Virus record (IMG/VR): IMGVR_UViG_3300035214_000246
Coordinates: 1 to 31,027 of that record
Origin: a virus
Lineage: Duplodnaviria; Caudoviricetes
Length of the DNA: 31,027 nt
Direction: 5' to 3' (one strand)
Shown here piece by piece: positions 9,948 through 18,103 of this stretch. A program made the position numbers and the translations under genes. The notes beneath the pieces were generated by a model. The model was not told the DNA's origin, did no database searches, and saw nothing but the letters and a program-made list of their open reading frames with translations. Each line of letters begins with the position of its first letter. Position 1 is the stretch's first letter.

Positions 9948-11048
9948 ATGAGTAAAACAGTATTTAATAGAAACGAAATTGATTTTATAAAAGAACCTAT
10001 GTTCTTTGGTGCAGATCAAAATTTACAAAGGTATGATATATTTAAATATCCGCATTTGGATAAATTAAATCAAACAATGCTTGGATATTTTTGGCGACCT
10101 GAAGAAATTAGTTTGCAAAAAGATAGGGCTGATTATTCTACATTTAGACCTGAACAAAAACATATATTTACAGCAAACTTAAAATACCAAACACTATTAG
10201 ATAGTGTGCAGGGCAGAGGCCCATCATTGGCATTTTTACCTTATGTTTCGAATCCAGAATTAGAAAGTTGCATTGTAACTTGGGACTTTTTTGAAACAAT
10301 ACACTCACGTTCTTATACACACATTATGAAAAATGTTTATGCTAATCCATCTGAAGTTTTTGACACAATTTTAAATGATAAAGAAATCTTAAAAAGAGCA
10401 GTATCAGTTACAAAACATTATGATGATTTTAGTAATGCGGCATTAGATTATACAGTAAAAGGTAAAGGCGATTTATATGAGGTAAAGAAAAAATTGTATC
10501 TTGCAATGATTAATGTAAATATCTTAGAAGGTTTAAGGTTTTATGTTTCATTTGCTTGTACGTTTGCTTTTGGTGAACTTAAACTTATGGAAGGTTCAGC
10601 AAAAATTATTTCATTAATTGCTAGAGATGAATCTCAGCATTTAGCTTTAACTACACACGTTATTAAAAATTGGCAACAAGGTGATGATATAGATTTCATA
10701 AAGATTATCAAAGAATGCGATAGTCAAGTATATGAGATGTTTAAAACTTGCGTTGAAGAAGAAAAGGCGTGGGCAAAACACTTGTTTAAAGATGGAAGTA
10801 TTATTGGTTTAAACGATAGACTATTATTTAAATATGTTGAGTTTATTGCTAATAAAAGACTAAAAGCAATAGGTATGGAGCCAATTTTTGATCAGGTAGT
10901 AACACAAAATCCATTACCTTGGACACAGCACTGGTTATCGTCATCAGGGCTACAAGTAGCACCACAAGAAACAGAAGTTGAAAGTTATATTGTAGGTGGA
11001 GTAAAACAAGATGTAAACAAAGACACATTTAAAGGATTTAAATTATAA
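9948..11048 (+). CDS. nrdB: ribonucleotide reductase class Ia beta subunit
   Basis: FWRPEE, ETIHSRSY, LEGLRFYVSF, RDESQH, APQETE..SY. Confidence 0.97.
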   Translation: MSKTVFNRNEIDFIKEPMFFGADQNLQRYDIFKYPHLDKLNQTMLGYFWRPEEISLQKDRADYSTFRPEQKHIFTANLKYQTLLDSVQGRGPSLAFLPYVSNPELESCIVTWDFFETIHSRSYTHIMKNVYANPSEVFDTILNDKEILKRAVSVTKHYDDFSNAALDYTVKGKGDLYEVKKKLYLAMINVNILEGLRFYVSFACTFAFGELKLMEGSAKIISLIARDESQHLALTTHVIKNWQQGDDIDFIKIIKECDSQVYEMFKTCVEEEKAWAKHLFKDGSIIGLNDRLLFKYVEFIANKRLKAIGMEPIFDQVVTQNPLPWTQHWLSSSGLQVAPQETEVESYIVGGVKQDVNKDTFKGFKL

Positions 11049-11371
11049 TGTTAAAAGAACAAATAAAAAAAGATGATATCGTAGCATTAAAGCTTGTATC
11101 TGGAGAAGAAGTTATTGCAAAAGTTGTTACAGATAACAACTCAATGCTTACAGTTAATAAGCCATTAGCACTAATTCAGACACCACAAGGGATCGCTATG
11201 GGTCAGTATATATTAATGCAAGATATAACTGTTCCAGTAGAAATTTCTAAAGAAAAAATTATAGTAATGACTAAAGCTAATTCAGTAGCCGTAGATCAAT
11301 ATGCTAAAACTTTATTGTCATCTAAAAAAATAGCAGGATCACCGCCAGAAGCTAAAATAATTACAAATTAA
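11048..11371 (+). CDS. small beta-rich (possibly Sm-like) phage protein
   Basis: LKLVSGEEVIAK motif; coupled to nrdB. Confidence 0.55.
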   Translation: MLKEQIKKDDIVALKLVSGEEVIAKVVTDNNSMLTVNKPLALIQTPQGIAMGQYILMQDITVPVEISKEKIIVMTKANSVAVDQYAKTLLSSKKIAGSPPEAKIITN

Positions 11372-11389
11372 TTTACATTAAATAGTATT

Positions 11390-12595
11390 ATGATGGATAC
11401 TATTAAAAACAAATCAATTTGTCCTTATGCCTTTCGAGCAGTTAATATACTCTCAAATGCTGAAGTAACACCCTGTTGTAGATGGGTTACCCGTTATTCA
11501 CCGGTAACTGAATCAGTTGCGAGTAAGTCAACCTCAGTTGTTGATATTTTCCAATCAGAATATTTCAATATTATAAGAAAGAAAATGTTAAATGGAGAAA
11601 AGCTTAAGAGTTGTTGGCGATGTTATGAAGAAGAAGATGCAGGAATTAACAGTATGCGTCTTTGGGCTGGACAACATATGGAAGAAAGTACAGAGTTAAA
11701 TTTAGAATATTTAGAAATCGAATCTGGTAGGTTTTGTAATTTAAAATGTAGATCTTGTAATCCTTACACGTCAAGTGGATTTCATCCAGAGATTAAATCT
11801 TCAAAATTTATGGCTGATCATTTTCGAATGGATGTAAATGATAAAATGCTTGATCCTAAAAATCAATTAAATAATGCTTTCTTAAGTTTATCACGTAAGC
11901 AATCACAAAGTTTAAAGTATTTGAGAGTAACTGGAGGAGAACCTTTTTTAAGTGAATATTTTTTAGAATATATAATAAAGCTTAATGATTGGGGAATTGC
12001 AAAAAACATTACTTTGGAAGTTTTTACTAATTCATCGTTCTTTCCAAAAGATAAATTTTTAAAAGCTTTAGCACAATTTAAAGCAGTTAATTTATCTTTA
12101 AGTATTGACGCTATAGGTAAAAGAAGTGATTATTTACGATCTGGTAGTGATTGGAAAGTAATTGAAGATACAGCAAGAAAATGGTATAGATTTTCAGTAG
12201 AGAATCCAGTTATTAACTTTCATATTAATACTACAATATCTATCTATAATGTATTATATTTGCAAGAGCTTTTTGATTGGATTTATACAGAGTTTCAAAT
12301 ACGTCACTCAAATGAAACATTAGTTCATAAACCACAGTATATGAGTATAACTAATTTTAGTCCAGATGTTAAACAAAAAATAGTTGAATCTTTACAAAAA
12401 AATAAACAAATTTCTGGTAAAAGGATACGAGAAAGGGTTGTACATTTTATTAATGATTCAAGAAAGCTTACAAAATATGCTGTACCTAGTAAAATGAAAA
12501 GCTTTATTAATATAACAGAAACTATAGATAAAATTAGAAATGAAAATTGGAAAACTGTATTTCCTAAATTGGAAGAGTTAATTAATGGATATTAA
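11390..12595 (+). CDS. radical SAM protein with N-terminal SPASM/twitch-like Cys domain, paralog 1
   Basis: CNLKCRSC (CxxxCxxC), TGGEPF, N-terminal CP...PCC...CWRC. Confidence 0.9.
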   Translation: MMDTIKNKSICPYAFRAVNILSNAEVTPCCRWVTRYSPVTESVASKSTSVVDIFQSEYFNIIRKKMLNGEKLKSCWRCYEEEDAGINSMRLWAGQHMEESTELNLEYLEIESGRFCNLKCRSCNPYTSSGFHPEIKSSKFMADHFRMDVNDKMLDPKNQLNNAFLSLSRKQSQSLKYLRVTGGEPFLSEYFLEYIIKLNDWGIAKNITLEVFTNSSFFPKDKFLKALAQFKAVNLSLSIDAIGKRSDYLRSGSDWKVIEDTARKWYRFSVENPVINFHINTTISIYNVLYLQELFDWIYTEFQIRHSNETLVHKPQYMSITNFSPDVKQKIVESLQKNKQISGKRIRERVVHFINDSRKLTKYAVPSKMKSFINITETIDKIRNENWKTVFPKLEELINGY

Positions 12596-13063
12596 TAAAA
12601 GTAAAGTTTTCTGTCCTTATGTCTTTCGAGCAATGGATATATTATCAGATTCATCTGTAGTGCCTTGTTGTAGGTTTGATGGAAGGCCAGAAGTTGATCG
12701 CGAAATAGTTAGTGACCAAAATTCACTAGATAAAATTTTCTCTTCTAGTTATTTCGATAATTTAAGAAAGAAAATGTTAGCTGGAGAAAGAATTAATGGT
12801 TGTTGGAAGTGTTATAAAGAAGATGATTCTGGAGTTAAAAGTATGCGAGTTGGCGCCAAGCAATTTATGGAACAAACTACAGAGTTAAATTTAGAATATT
12901 TAGAAATCGAGTCTGGTAGGTTTTGTAATTTAAAATGTAGGTCTTGTAGCCCTAATGTTTCAAGTGGATTTCATCCAGAGATTAAATCTTCAAAATTTAT
13001 GGCTAATCATTTTCAATTGGATGTAAATGATAAATTGCTTGATCCTAGGAATCAATTAAATAA
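11689..13063 (+). repeat. near-identical direct repeat between the two radical SAM genes (11689-11874 vs 12878-13063)
   Basis: long shared blocks such as tacagagttaaatttagaatatttagaaatcga and tcaagtggatttcatccagagattaaatcttcaaaatttatggct at a constant offset of 1189. Confidence 0.85.
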
Positions 13064-13793
13064 ATCTTTGTTATATATTACACAAAAGCAATCACAAAAT
13101 TTAAAGTATTTGAAAATAACAGGCGGCGAACCTCTTTTAAGTGAATATCTTTTAGAGTATATGCAAAAGCTTAATAGTTGGAATTTATCAAAAAATATTA
13201 CTTTGGAAATTTATACTAATTCATCGTTTTTTCCGAAACAAAAGTTTTTATCTGTTTTAAAAACATTTAAACGAGTTTATCTATTTTTAAGTATTGATGC
13301 TATAGGTAAAAAATCTGATTATATGAGATCAGGTAGTGAGTGGAGTACAATGGAAAAAGTTGCAGATGAATGGTATAATTTTTCAGTAGATAATAAGAAT
13401 ATTGTTTTAGATGTTAGTACTACAATATCTATCTATAATGTAATGTATTTGAAAGAATTATTTAATTGGACAACCGAACATCTTAAAATAAAGTGGCCAT
13501 CTGTAAACTTCGTACACGATCCTTCATATATGAGTGTGCCTAGTTTTAGTGCTAATATTAAAAATAAAATACTTGAAATATTAAAAAAACAATGGAATCA
13601 GAATGATATGACTACAGGTGAGTCAAGTCGATATAAAAAACTTATAAATTTTATTGAAAATACTCATAATTCTGGCCAGATGCAAGAATTTATTAAATTC
13701 ACAGAAAACGTAGATAAAATTAGAAATGAAGATTGGAAAGTTGTATTTCCTGAATTATATAGCTTATTAACTGGGTATAAAAACAGTATATAA
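12585..13793 (+). CDS. radical SAM protein with N-terminal SPASM/twitch-like Cys domain, paralog 2
   Basis: CNLKCRSC, TGGEPL, CP...PCC...CWKC. Confidence 0.9.
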   Translation: MDINKSKVFCPYVFRAMDILSDSSVVPCCRFDGRPEVDREIVSDQNSLDKIFSSSYFDNLRKKMLAGERINGCWKCYKEDDSGVKSMRVGAKQFMEQTTELNLEYLEIESGRFCNLKCRSCSPNVSSGFHPEIKSSKFMANHFQLDVNDKLLDPRNQLNKSLLYITQKQSQNLKYLKITGGEPLLSEYLLEYMQKLNSWNLSKNITLEIYTNSSFFPKQKFLSVLKTFKRVYLFLSIDAIGKKSDYMRSGSEWSTMEKVADEWYNFSVDNKNIVLDVSTTISIYNVMYLKELFNWTTEHLKIKWPSVNFVHDPSYMSVPSFSANIKNKILEILKKQWNQNDMTTGESSRYKKLINFIENTHNSGQMQEFIKFTENVDKIRNEDWKVVFPELYSLLTGYKNSI

Positions 13794-13796
13794 ATA
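13789..13796 (+). promoter_or_regulatory. T4-type late promoter
   Basis: TATAAATA 5 nt before the PAAR ATG, inside the inverted repeat acagtat-ataa-atactgt. Confidence 0.6.
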
Positions 13797-13801
13797 CTGT
13801 T

Positions 13802-14089
13802 ATGCTACAAGTAACAAGACTAGGAGATATATGTACAGGACACGGATGTTGGCCTCCTCGGCCCAATGTAAGTGCTTCTTCAGATGTGTATGTAAATGGA
13901 ATAGCAGTTCATAGACAAAGTGATTCGTGGGATGTTCATTGTTGTGTACTTTTATGTCACGATAGTATATTAGCGGCAGGGTCTTCTACAGTTTTTGCAA
14001 ATAATCTTCAATTAGGTAGAGTTACAGATCCAGTTGCTTGTGGAAGTACTGTAGCACAAGGTTCATCAAACGTTTTTGCAGGAGGATAA
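13802..14089 (+). CDS. PAAR-repeat spike tip protein (T4 gp5.4-like)
   Basis: VTRLGD.CTGH, VHRQSD...H, GSSTVF, GRVTD..ACGS...GSSNVFAG. Confidence 0.93.
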   Translation: MLQVTRLGDICTGHGCWPPRPNVSASSDVYVNGIAVHRQSDSWDVHCCVLLCHDSILAAGSSTVFANNLQLGRVTDPVACGSTVAQGSSNVFAGG

Positions 14090-14091
14090 TA

Positions 14092-15024
14092 ATGTCAAAA
14101 GATATATTTGGGATAGGTAAAGATACATTAAATTTTCCAAATGATATAGTTCCAGTATCAAGTCAGATGAGTGAGACACAAAAGAATTTAATTAATAGTG
14201 GATTACTTGATCAGGTTGATTATACTGACGCTTGGGGAAGAACATCTAAAGCATACCCAGGTTTAAAAAATCCTCACGAACCTGTTTTAAAGAAAATTGC
14301 AAATGGATGGAATGAAAGAATGTCAGTAATGCCAGATAATTGGGATCATACTGATTATAGTATAAGATCTATAGTAGATGGTGCGGCATTAGGTAACGGA
14401 TTTACTTCTAGAAAATTAACTAATACAGAAATAACTGATATAAAATTTTCAGAAGGTATTTTAAAAGATTTTACATTTTTAACTAATAGACAAAGTGGAA
14501 TGGATATTATGGAATATGCCAATCCTTTAAGTATGTGGTCTGTTATGGGAAAAACTGGTACGTATGGTGGTAGAGTAGGTTTGCCGACTACTGCAAGTTT
14601 TCCAAATGGTATTGTTGTTCCAGGAGTAGTGAATTATTTAGGTGTTGCTAGAACTATAAATCAATTAGGACAAATTTTAACTAAAGTTCCAAAAGGATAT
14701 ACATCAGGCCCTTGTAAATGGATAGAAGATATAATGAAAGCATTAATGAAAGGTGGATCTATATTAGCAGATATATTGCAAAAAGTATTAGATGTACTTG
14801 GCATTATTGGTTTGATTAATTCTATACTTGGTATGATTAGATTGATATTGGATATAATACTTGAAGATTTAAGAACTTTAGGTAGTGCTATTGAAAGAAT
14901 GAAACAAGCCGCTTTATCTGGATTATTAGAAATGTTAATGAAAGATCCTTGTATGAGATATCTTATAACAGCAGGGTTGGCAGTAGCTGGTACAATTGCT
15001 ATATTAAAAACCACCTCGCTCTAG
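14092..15024 (+). CDS. hypothetical protein with a hydrophobic/amphipathic C-terminus
   Basis: start moved to ATG 14092, preceded by GGAGG; follows PAAR. Confidence 0.65.
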   Translation: MSKDIFGIGKDTLNFPNDIVPVSSQMSETQKNLINSGLLDQVDYTDAWGRTSKAYPGLKNPHEPVLKKIANGWNERMSVMPDNWDHTDYSIRSIVDGAALGNGFTSRKLTNTEITDIKFSEGILKDFTFLTNRQSGMDIMEYANPLSMWSVMGKTGTYGGRVGLPTTASFPNGIVVPGVVNYLGVARTINQLGQILTKVPKGYTSGPCKWIEDIMKALMKGGSILADILQKVLDVLGIIGLINSILGMIRLILDIILEDLRTLGSAIERMKQAALSGLLEMLMKDPCMRYLITAGLAVAGTIAILKTTSL

Positions 15025-15030
15025 TTTCGG

Positions 15031-15060
15031 TTGACAAATACAAAATATCTGTTATAAATA
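15031..15060 (+). promoter_or_regulatory. sigma70 -35 overlapping a TATAAATA element
   Basis: TTGACA 15031-15036 and TATAAATA 15053-15060. Confidence 0.5.
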
Positions 15061-15113
15061 GTATTAATAAAAGTTTTGTCGTTTTGGCAAAATTTTTTTG
15101 ACTGGAGGAAATT

Positions 15114-15938
15114 ATGACGCAATTAATTAATCCTAAAAAATTTACAGATGTAACGGGCCGTTTACGGTCCTTTTTTTTGGGTAAAAATTTCCAAGAAGTA
15201 CATACACAAAATCGGTTAAGCATATTAGCCGCTTGTGAAGACCCTCAAACAGTCTCAACCTATAATTACTCAGGTCAAGTCTGGCCATTGCCACAAACAG
15301 GCCAGATGTGGCTCGAATATGAATTGCTTAAGAACCCAGCTGTGCCTGGGTTTTTTTGTATTAGCACTTCCTATAGACAAGAACCACATCCTATAAAAGG
15401 ACGACACGATTTAATATTTCCAATGTTTGAATTTGAGTTCCCTGGAACAGTAGTGGAATTAGAAGCTATGGAAAAAGAGTTACTTGAATACTTAGGTTAT
15501 TGCAATAAAAATACTATAGTTGTTAAAAATTATACTGAATGGGCAGATAGCTTTGGAGTAGAAGAATTAACACATAAACACGAAGAATTAATGTGTAAAA
15601 ATAATCGTGTGTGTATGATTAAAAACTTTCCAAATTATACTAGTCCATTTTGGAATATGAAACAAAATGGTAATAATACAGCATCTAAAATTGATGTAAT
15701 TATTGCAGGACAAGAGACAATAGGGTCAGCTGAAAGATCATCAGATCCGGAACAAATGAAAAAACAATTTCATACAATTAGTGGTGGTTTGTATGCAGAA
15801 TTATTGTTTGGACAATTTGGAAAAGATAGAGTAATTAAAGAATTAGATGACTTTTTGGAACTAGATTTTATACCTAGAGTTGGTGGAGGTATAGGATTAA
15901 CTAGATTAATAAGAGCCGACACAATAATGAATAATTAG
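15114..15938 (+). CDS. class IIb aminoacyl-tRNA synthetase catalytic domain only (Asn-synthetase-like or EpmA-like paralog)
   Basis: motif 2 SYRQE..RHDLIFPMFEFE, ETIGSAER, motif 3 PRVGGGIGLTRL; no N-terminal OB anticodon domain; GGAGG RBS. Confidence 0.8.
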   Translation: MTQLINPKKFTDVTGRLRSFFLGKNFQEVHTQNRLSILAACEDPQTVSTYNYSGQVWPLPQTGQMWLEYELLKNPAVPGFFCISTSYRQEPHPIKGRHDLIFPMFEFEFPGTVVELEAMEKELLEYLGYCNKNTIVVKNYTEWADSFGVEELTHKHEELMCKNNRVCMIKNFPNYTSPFWNMKQNGNNTASKIDVIIAGQETIGSAERSSDPEQMKKQFHTISGGLYAELLFGQFGKDRVIKELDDFLELDFIPRVGGGIGLTRLIRADTIMNN

Positions 15939-15996
15939 TTATTTTTAACTTTTATTCTATAAATCTATTAAGCCATTCCTTTTCTTCTTTTTTTCA

Positions 15997-16024
15997 TTGC
16001 ATTATTATAAATTTAGTGTATAAT
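15997..16024 (+). promoter_or_regulatory. sigma70-type promoter of tmRNA
   Basis: TTGCAT-16 nt-TATAAT. Confidence 0.5.
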
Positions 16025-16029
16025 TATTG

Positions 16030-16276
16030 TTGTAACGTTGAAGTTATCATAATAGGTTATATGGACGTCGGGGCAGTACCGACCACCTCCACCAATATTA
16101 TACAAGTTTCGGGGGTGAACTAGGATCGACAGTAATTTAAAAGGTAATGGAGTTGCCCCGATGTAAGCTGGGTTAACGCGAACACACTTATAAATGCAGA
16201 TGAAAATCTAGCACTTGCGGCCTAATTTATAATTAGGTCCGGGGTTGGCAACTTACCTGGCAACAGAAAAGTTGCA
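16030..16276 (+). ncRNA. ssrA: permuted two-piece tmRNA (acceptor piece ~16030-16094, intervening segment 16095-16110, coding piece 16111-~16276)
   Basis: T-arm gtcgg-ggcagta-ccgac then CACCTCC-A-CCA; GGGGGTG at 16111 completes the acceptor stem with G3.U; tag frame 16196-16225 encodes ADENLALAA*. Confidence 0.93.
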
Positions 16277-16290
16277 CTTTGAAAGGGGAT

Positions 16291-16575
16291 ATGAGTAGTT
16301 TTAAAAAAGTTATAGATTTTTGGAAGCAAAGTTATGTGTCAGATCCGATAGCATTTTGTTTTGAAATGGCGTCAACAATATTTGTTATTATAGGGTCATT
16401 TGTTTTAACTATTACAATTTTAGATTTGAAGCCACATATTTTTATTCCTTTTTATTGGATTGGTAGTGTTGCAGGGTTTATTGGAGCATATCGCAGAACA
16501 TTACCTTGGATAATGGTTTTAACTTTTTGGTTCATTATTTTAAATAGTGTTGCCCTTTGGAGATTATTTTTTTAA
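16291..16575 (+). CDS. small membrane protein (about 3 TM helices)
   Basis: hydrophobic segments; ATG 16291 after AAGGGG is preferred to TTG 16279. Confidence 0.65.
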   Translation: MSSFKKVIDFWKQSYVSDPIAFCFEMASTIFVIIGSFVLTITILDLKPHIFIPFYWIGSVAGFIGAYRRTLPWIMVLTFWFIILNSVALWRLFF

Positions 16576-16583
16576 AGAAATTT

Positions 16584-16988
16584 ATGTCGATAAAAAATAA
16601 AATATCTGTATGGGGTGATAATTTATCATTACTTGAAGGTATAGATAGATTGCAGTATCTAGTAGATTTAGCAGATAAGAGAACTTCTTTATCTAGTGAT
16701 AAAAGAGTTGATGAAAATAAAATTGTTGGTTGCATATCTAAAATTTGGGTTGATATTAGATTAGAAAGTAATAAAGTTGTCGCTGATTACGATTCAGATG
16801 CAATGATAACAAAAGGAATAACAAGTGTAATTTGTGATTGTTTTACAGGTGCTACAAAAGAAGAAGCTGGTTCTGTTGTTGTAGAAGATTTTAAAAACCT
16901 TAATATTAAACAATTATTAACAGTACAGCGTCAAAATGGGTTAGGAAACCTTATCAATACAATTATAAACAAGTCCCAGAAGTTATAG
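16584..16988 (+). CDS. sufE: SufE sulfur acceptor protein
   Basis: RLQYLVDLA, KIVGCISKIW (catalytic Cys), DSDAMITKG, QRQNGL. Confidence 0.88.
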   Translation: MSIKNKISVWGDNLSLLEGIDRLQYLVDLADKRTSLSSDKRVDENKIVGCISKIWVDIRLESNKVVADYDSDAMITKGITSVICDCFTGATKEEAGSVVVEDFKNLNIKQLLTVQRQNGLGNLINTIINKSQKL

Positions 16989-17027
16989 TAGCAGTTAATC
17001 CTCGATTAGCATTAGTTTAAATAAACT

Positions 17028-17522
17028 ATGCAGGCTTTAATTAGAGGTATAACCGCAATCTTCGTAGCATTTTTGTTACTCATTGCAACACCATCTTTAA
17101 GTAGTTACTCTAAAGATAATAGTGCATCGTCTGAGAATTTTATTCTGGATTTTAAAATTAAAGAAAATTTTATTCTAGATTTTAAAATTAATATTTCATA
17201 TGGATTAGGTTGGCGAGTAGATGTACCAGATCCAATCGTAATTGTGCCTGGAAAAGAATATAAAATTAATCTTATGGTAATTAATGATCTGGAGTCAACT
17301 AAATTAGCGAGTGTAATGTGGGGATATTTGCCATCAGGAGTTGCAAAGTATATTACTATAAAAGAATGTTTTTGTTATAATATTAATAAGTTAGATGGTA
17401 AAAGAATATCAGAATTACCAATTATTTTAAGTATTGACCCAGCTATATTAAAAGATAGAAAATTTAAAAAAAATAAAAAAATATTAATCAGATTTAATTT
17501 TTATCCATATATAAAACGTTGA
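17028..17522 (+). CDS. divergent CtaG/Cox11-like copper chaperone
   Basis: N-terminal TM/signal, PG..Y, AKYITIKECFCY (CFC motif), ELPIILSIDP, final FNFY strand. Confidence 0.6.
   Translation: MQALIRGITAIFVAFLLLIATPSLSSYSKDNSASSENFILDFKIKENFILDFKINISYGLGWRVDVPDPIVIVPGKEYKINLMVINDLESTKLASVMWGYLPSGVAKYITIKECFCYNINKLDGKRISELPIILSIDPAILKDRKFKKNKKILIRFNFYPYIKR
17133..17192 (+). repeat. in-frame 30-nt tandem duplication
   Basis: gagaattttattctggattttaaaattaaa / gaaaattttattctagattttaaaattaat (ENFILDFKIK ENFILDFKIN). Confidence 0.9.
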
Positions 17523-17547
17523 CTATTATATAATTATAGCATATAAT
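17519..17547 (+). promoter_or_regulatory. sigma70-type promoter of the RNase P RNA/tRNA-Ser transcript
   Basis: TTGACT-17 nt-TATAAT; predicted start ~17553-17554 matches the start of P1. Confidence 0.75.
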
Positions 17548-17553
17548 AAGTTA

Positions 17554-17715
17554 CAATGAGTGTAATCGGACTATCGCTGGAAACAGAGGAAAGTCAGGAC
17601 ACAGGTGGATATGTGCAAGTCCAAATAGAGTGTTAACAACCACCGGGACACAGGGTAGGACGCAAAGGTAGATGATAGTCTAAAACAGAATCCTGCTTAC
17701 GGATTATATTCGTTG
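17554..17715 (+). ncRNA. rnpB: minimal RNase P RNA, catalytic domain only
   Basis: CR-I GAGGAAAGTC and CR-V ACAGAATCCTGCTTA; helices P1, P2, P3, P4 (bulged U), P5, P6, P15, P16 pair by hand; no P7-P14. Confidence 0.88.
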
Positions 17716-17722
17716 CAAACCC

Positions 17723-17812
17723 GGAAGGGTGGCTGAGCGGTTGAAAGCACTGGTCTTGAAAACCAGCAAAGATGCAAGTCTTTCCAGAGTTCGAATCTCT
17801 GCCCTTCCGCCA
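17723..17812 (+). tRNA. tRNA-Ser(TGA)
   Basis: GGAAGGG/CCCTTCC acceptor stem, anticodon arm ctggt-cttgaaa-accag, long variable arm, GTTCGAATC, G discriminator and encoded CCA. Confidence 0.96.
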
Positions 17813-17833
17813 GTTAATAAGGAAGGAAAAATT

Positions 17834-18073
17834 ATGGATGAAAATGATATAAAATTAAGTGAAACTTATGAAGTCATTTGGAGTGAAGTAGGTAAGTTAA
17901 CAAATAAAGGTACAGAACCACTTATGATTGCTGGAACATTAATGGCTCAAGCTATGAGGTTATATAAAACAGCTTTATCAGAAGATGACTATGGTAGAAT
18001 GATGCAGTCAATTATGGATAGTAAAGATGACGTAAAACCGTATGGACCAAATGATAAGACTATGTTGCACTAA
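17834..18073 (+). CDS. hypothetical protein (79 aa)
   Basis: start moved to ATG 17834 after AAGGAAGGA; the longer call overlaps tRNA-Ser. Confidence 0.7.
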   Translation: MDENDIKLSETYEVIWSEVGKLTNKGTEPLMIAGTLMAQAMRLYKTALSEDDYGRMMQSIMDSKDDVKPYGPNDKTMLH

Positions 18074-18103
18074 AATAAATATATATAAGAATAGGAAATA
18101 ATA

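Noticed and set aside
14038-14091. Upstream GTG start for the post-PAAR ORF
   Set aside because: It overlaps PAAR; ATG 14092 has a GGAGG RBS.
15939-15996. Pyrimidine-rich tract upstream of tmRNA as a minus-strand gene or terminator
   Set aside because: Only a 9-codon reverse ORF and no convincing hairpin.
17723-17812. Possible selenocysteine or suppressor tRNA
   Set aside because: The anticodon is TGA (reads UCA, Ser), not TCA; the acceptor stem is a normal 7 bp.
17729-17833. N-terminal part of the 114-aa ORF call (MAERLKALVLKT...)
   Set aside because: It is a translation of tRNA-Ser; the RBS-supported start is ATG 17834.
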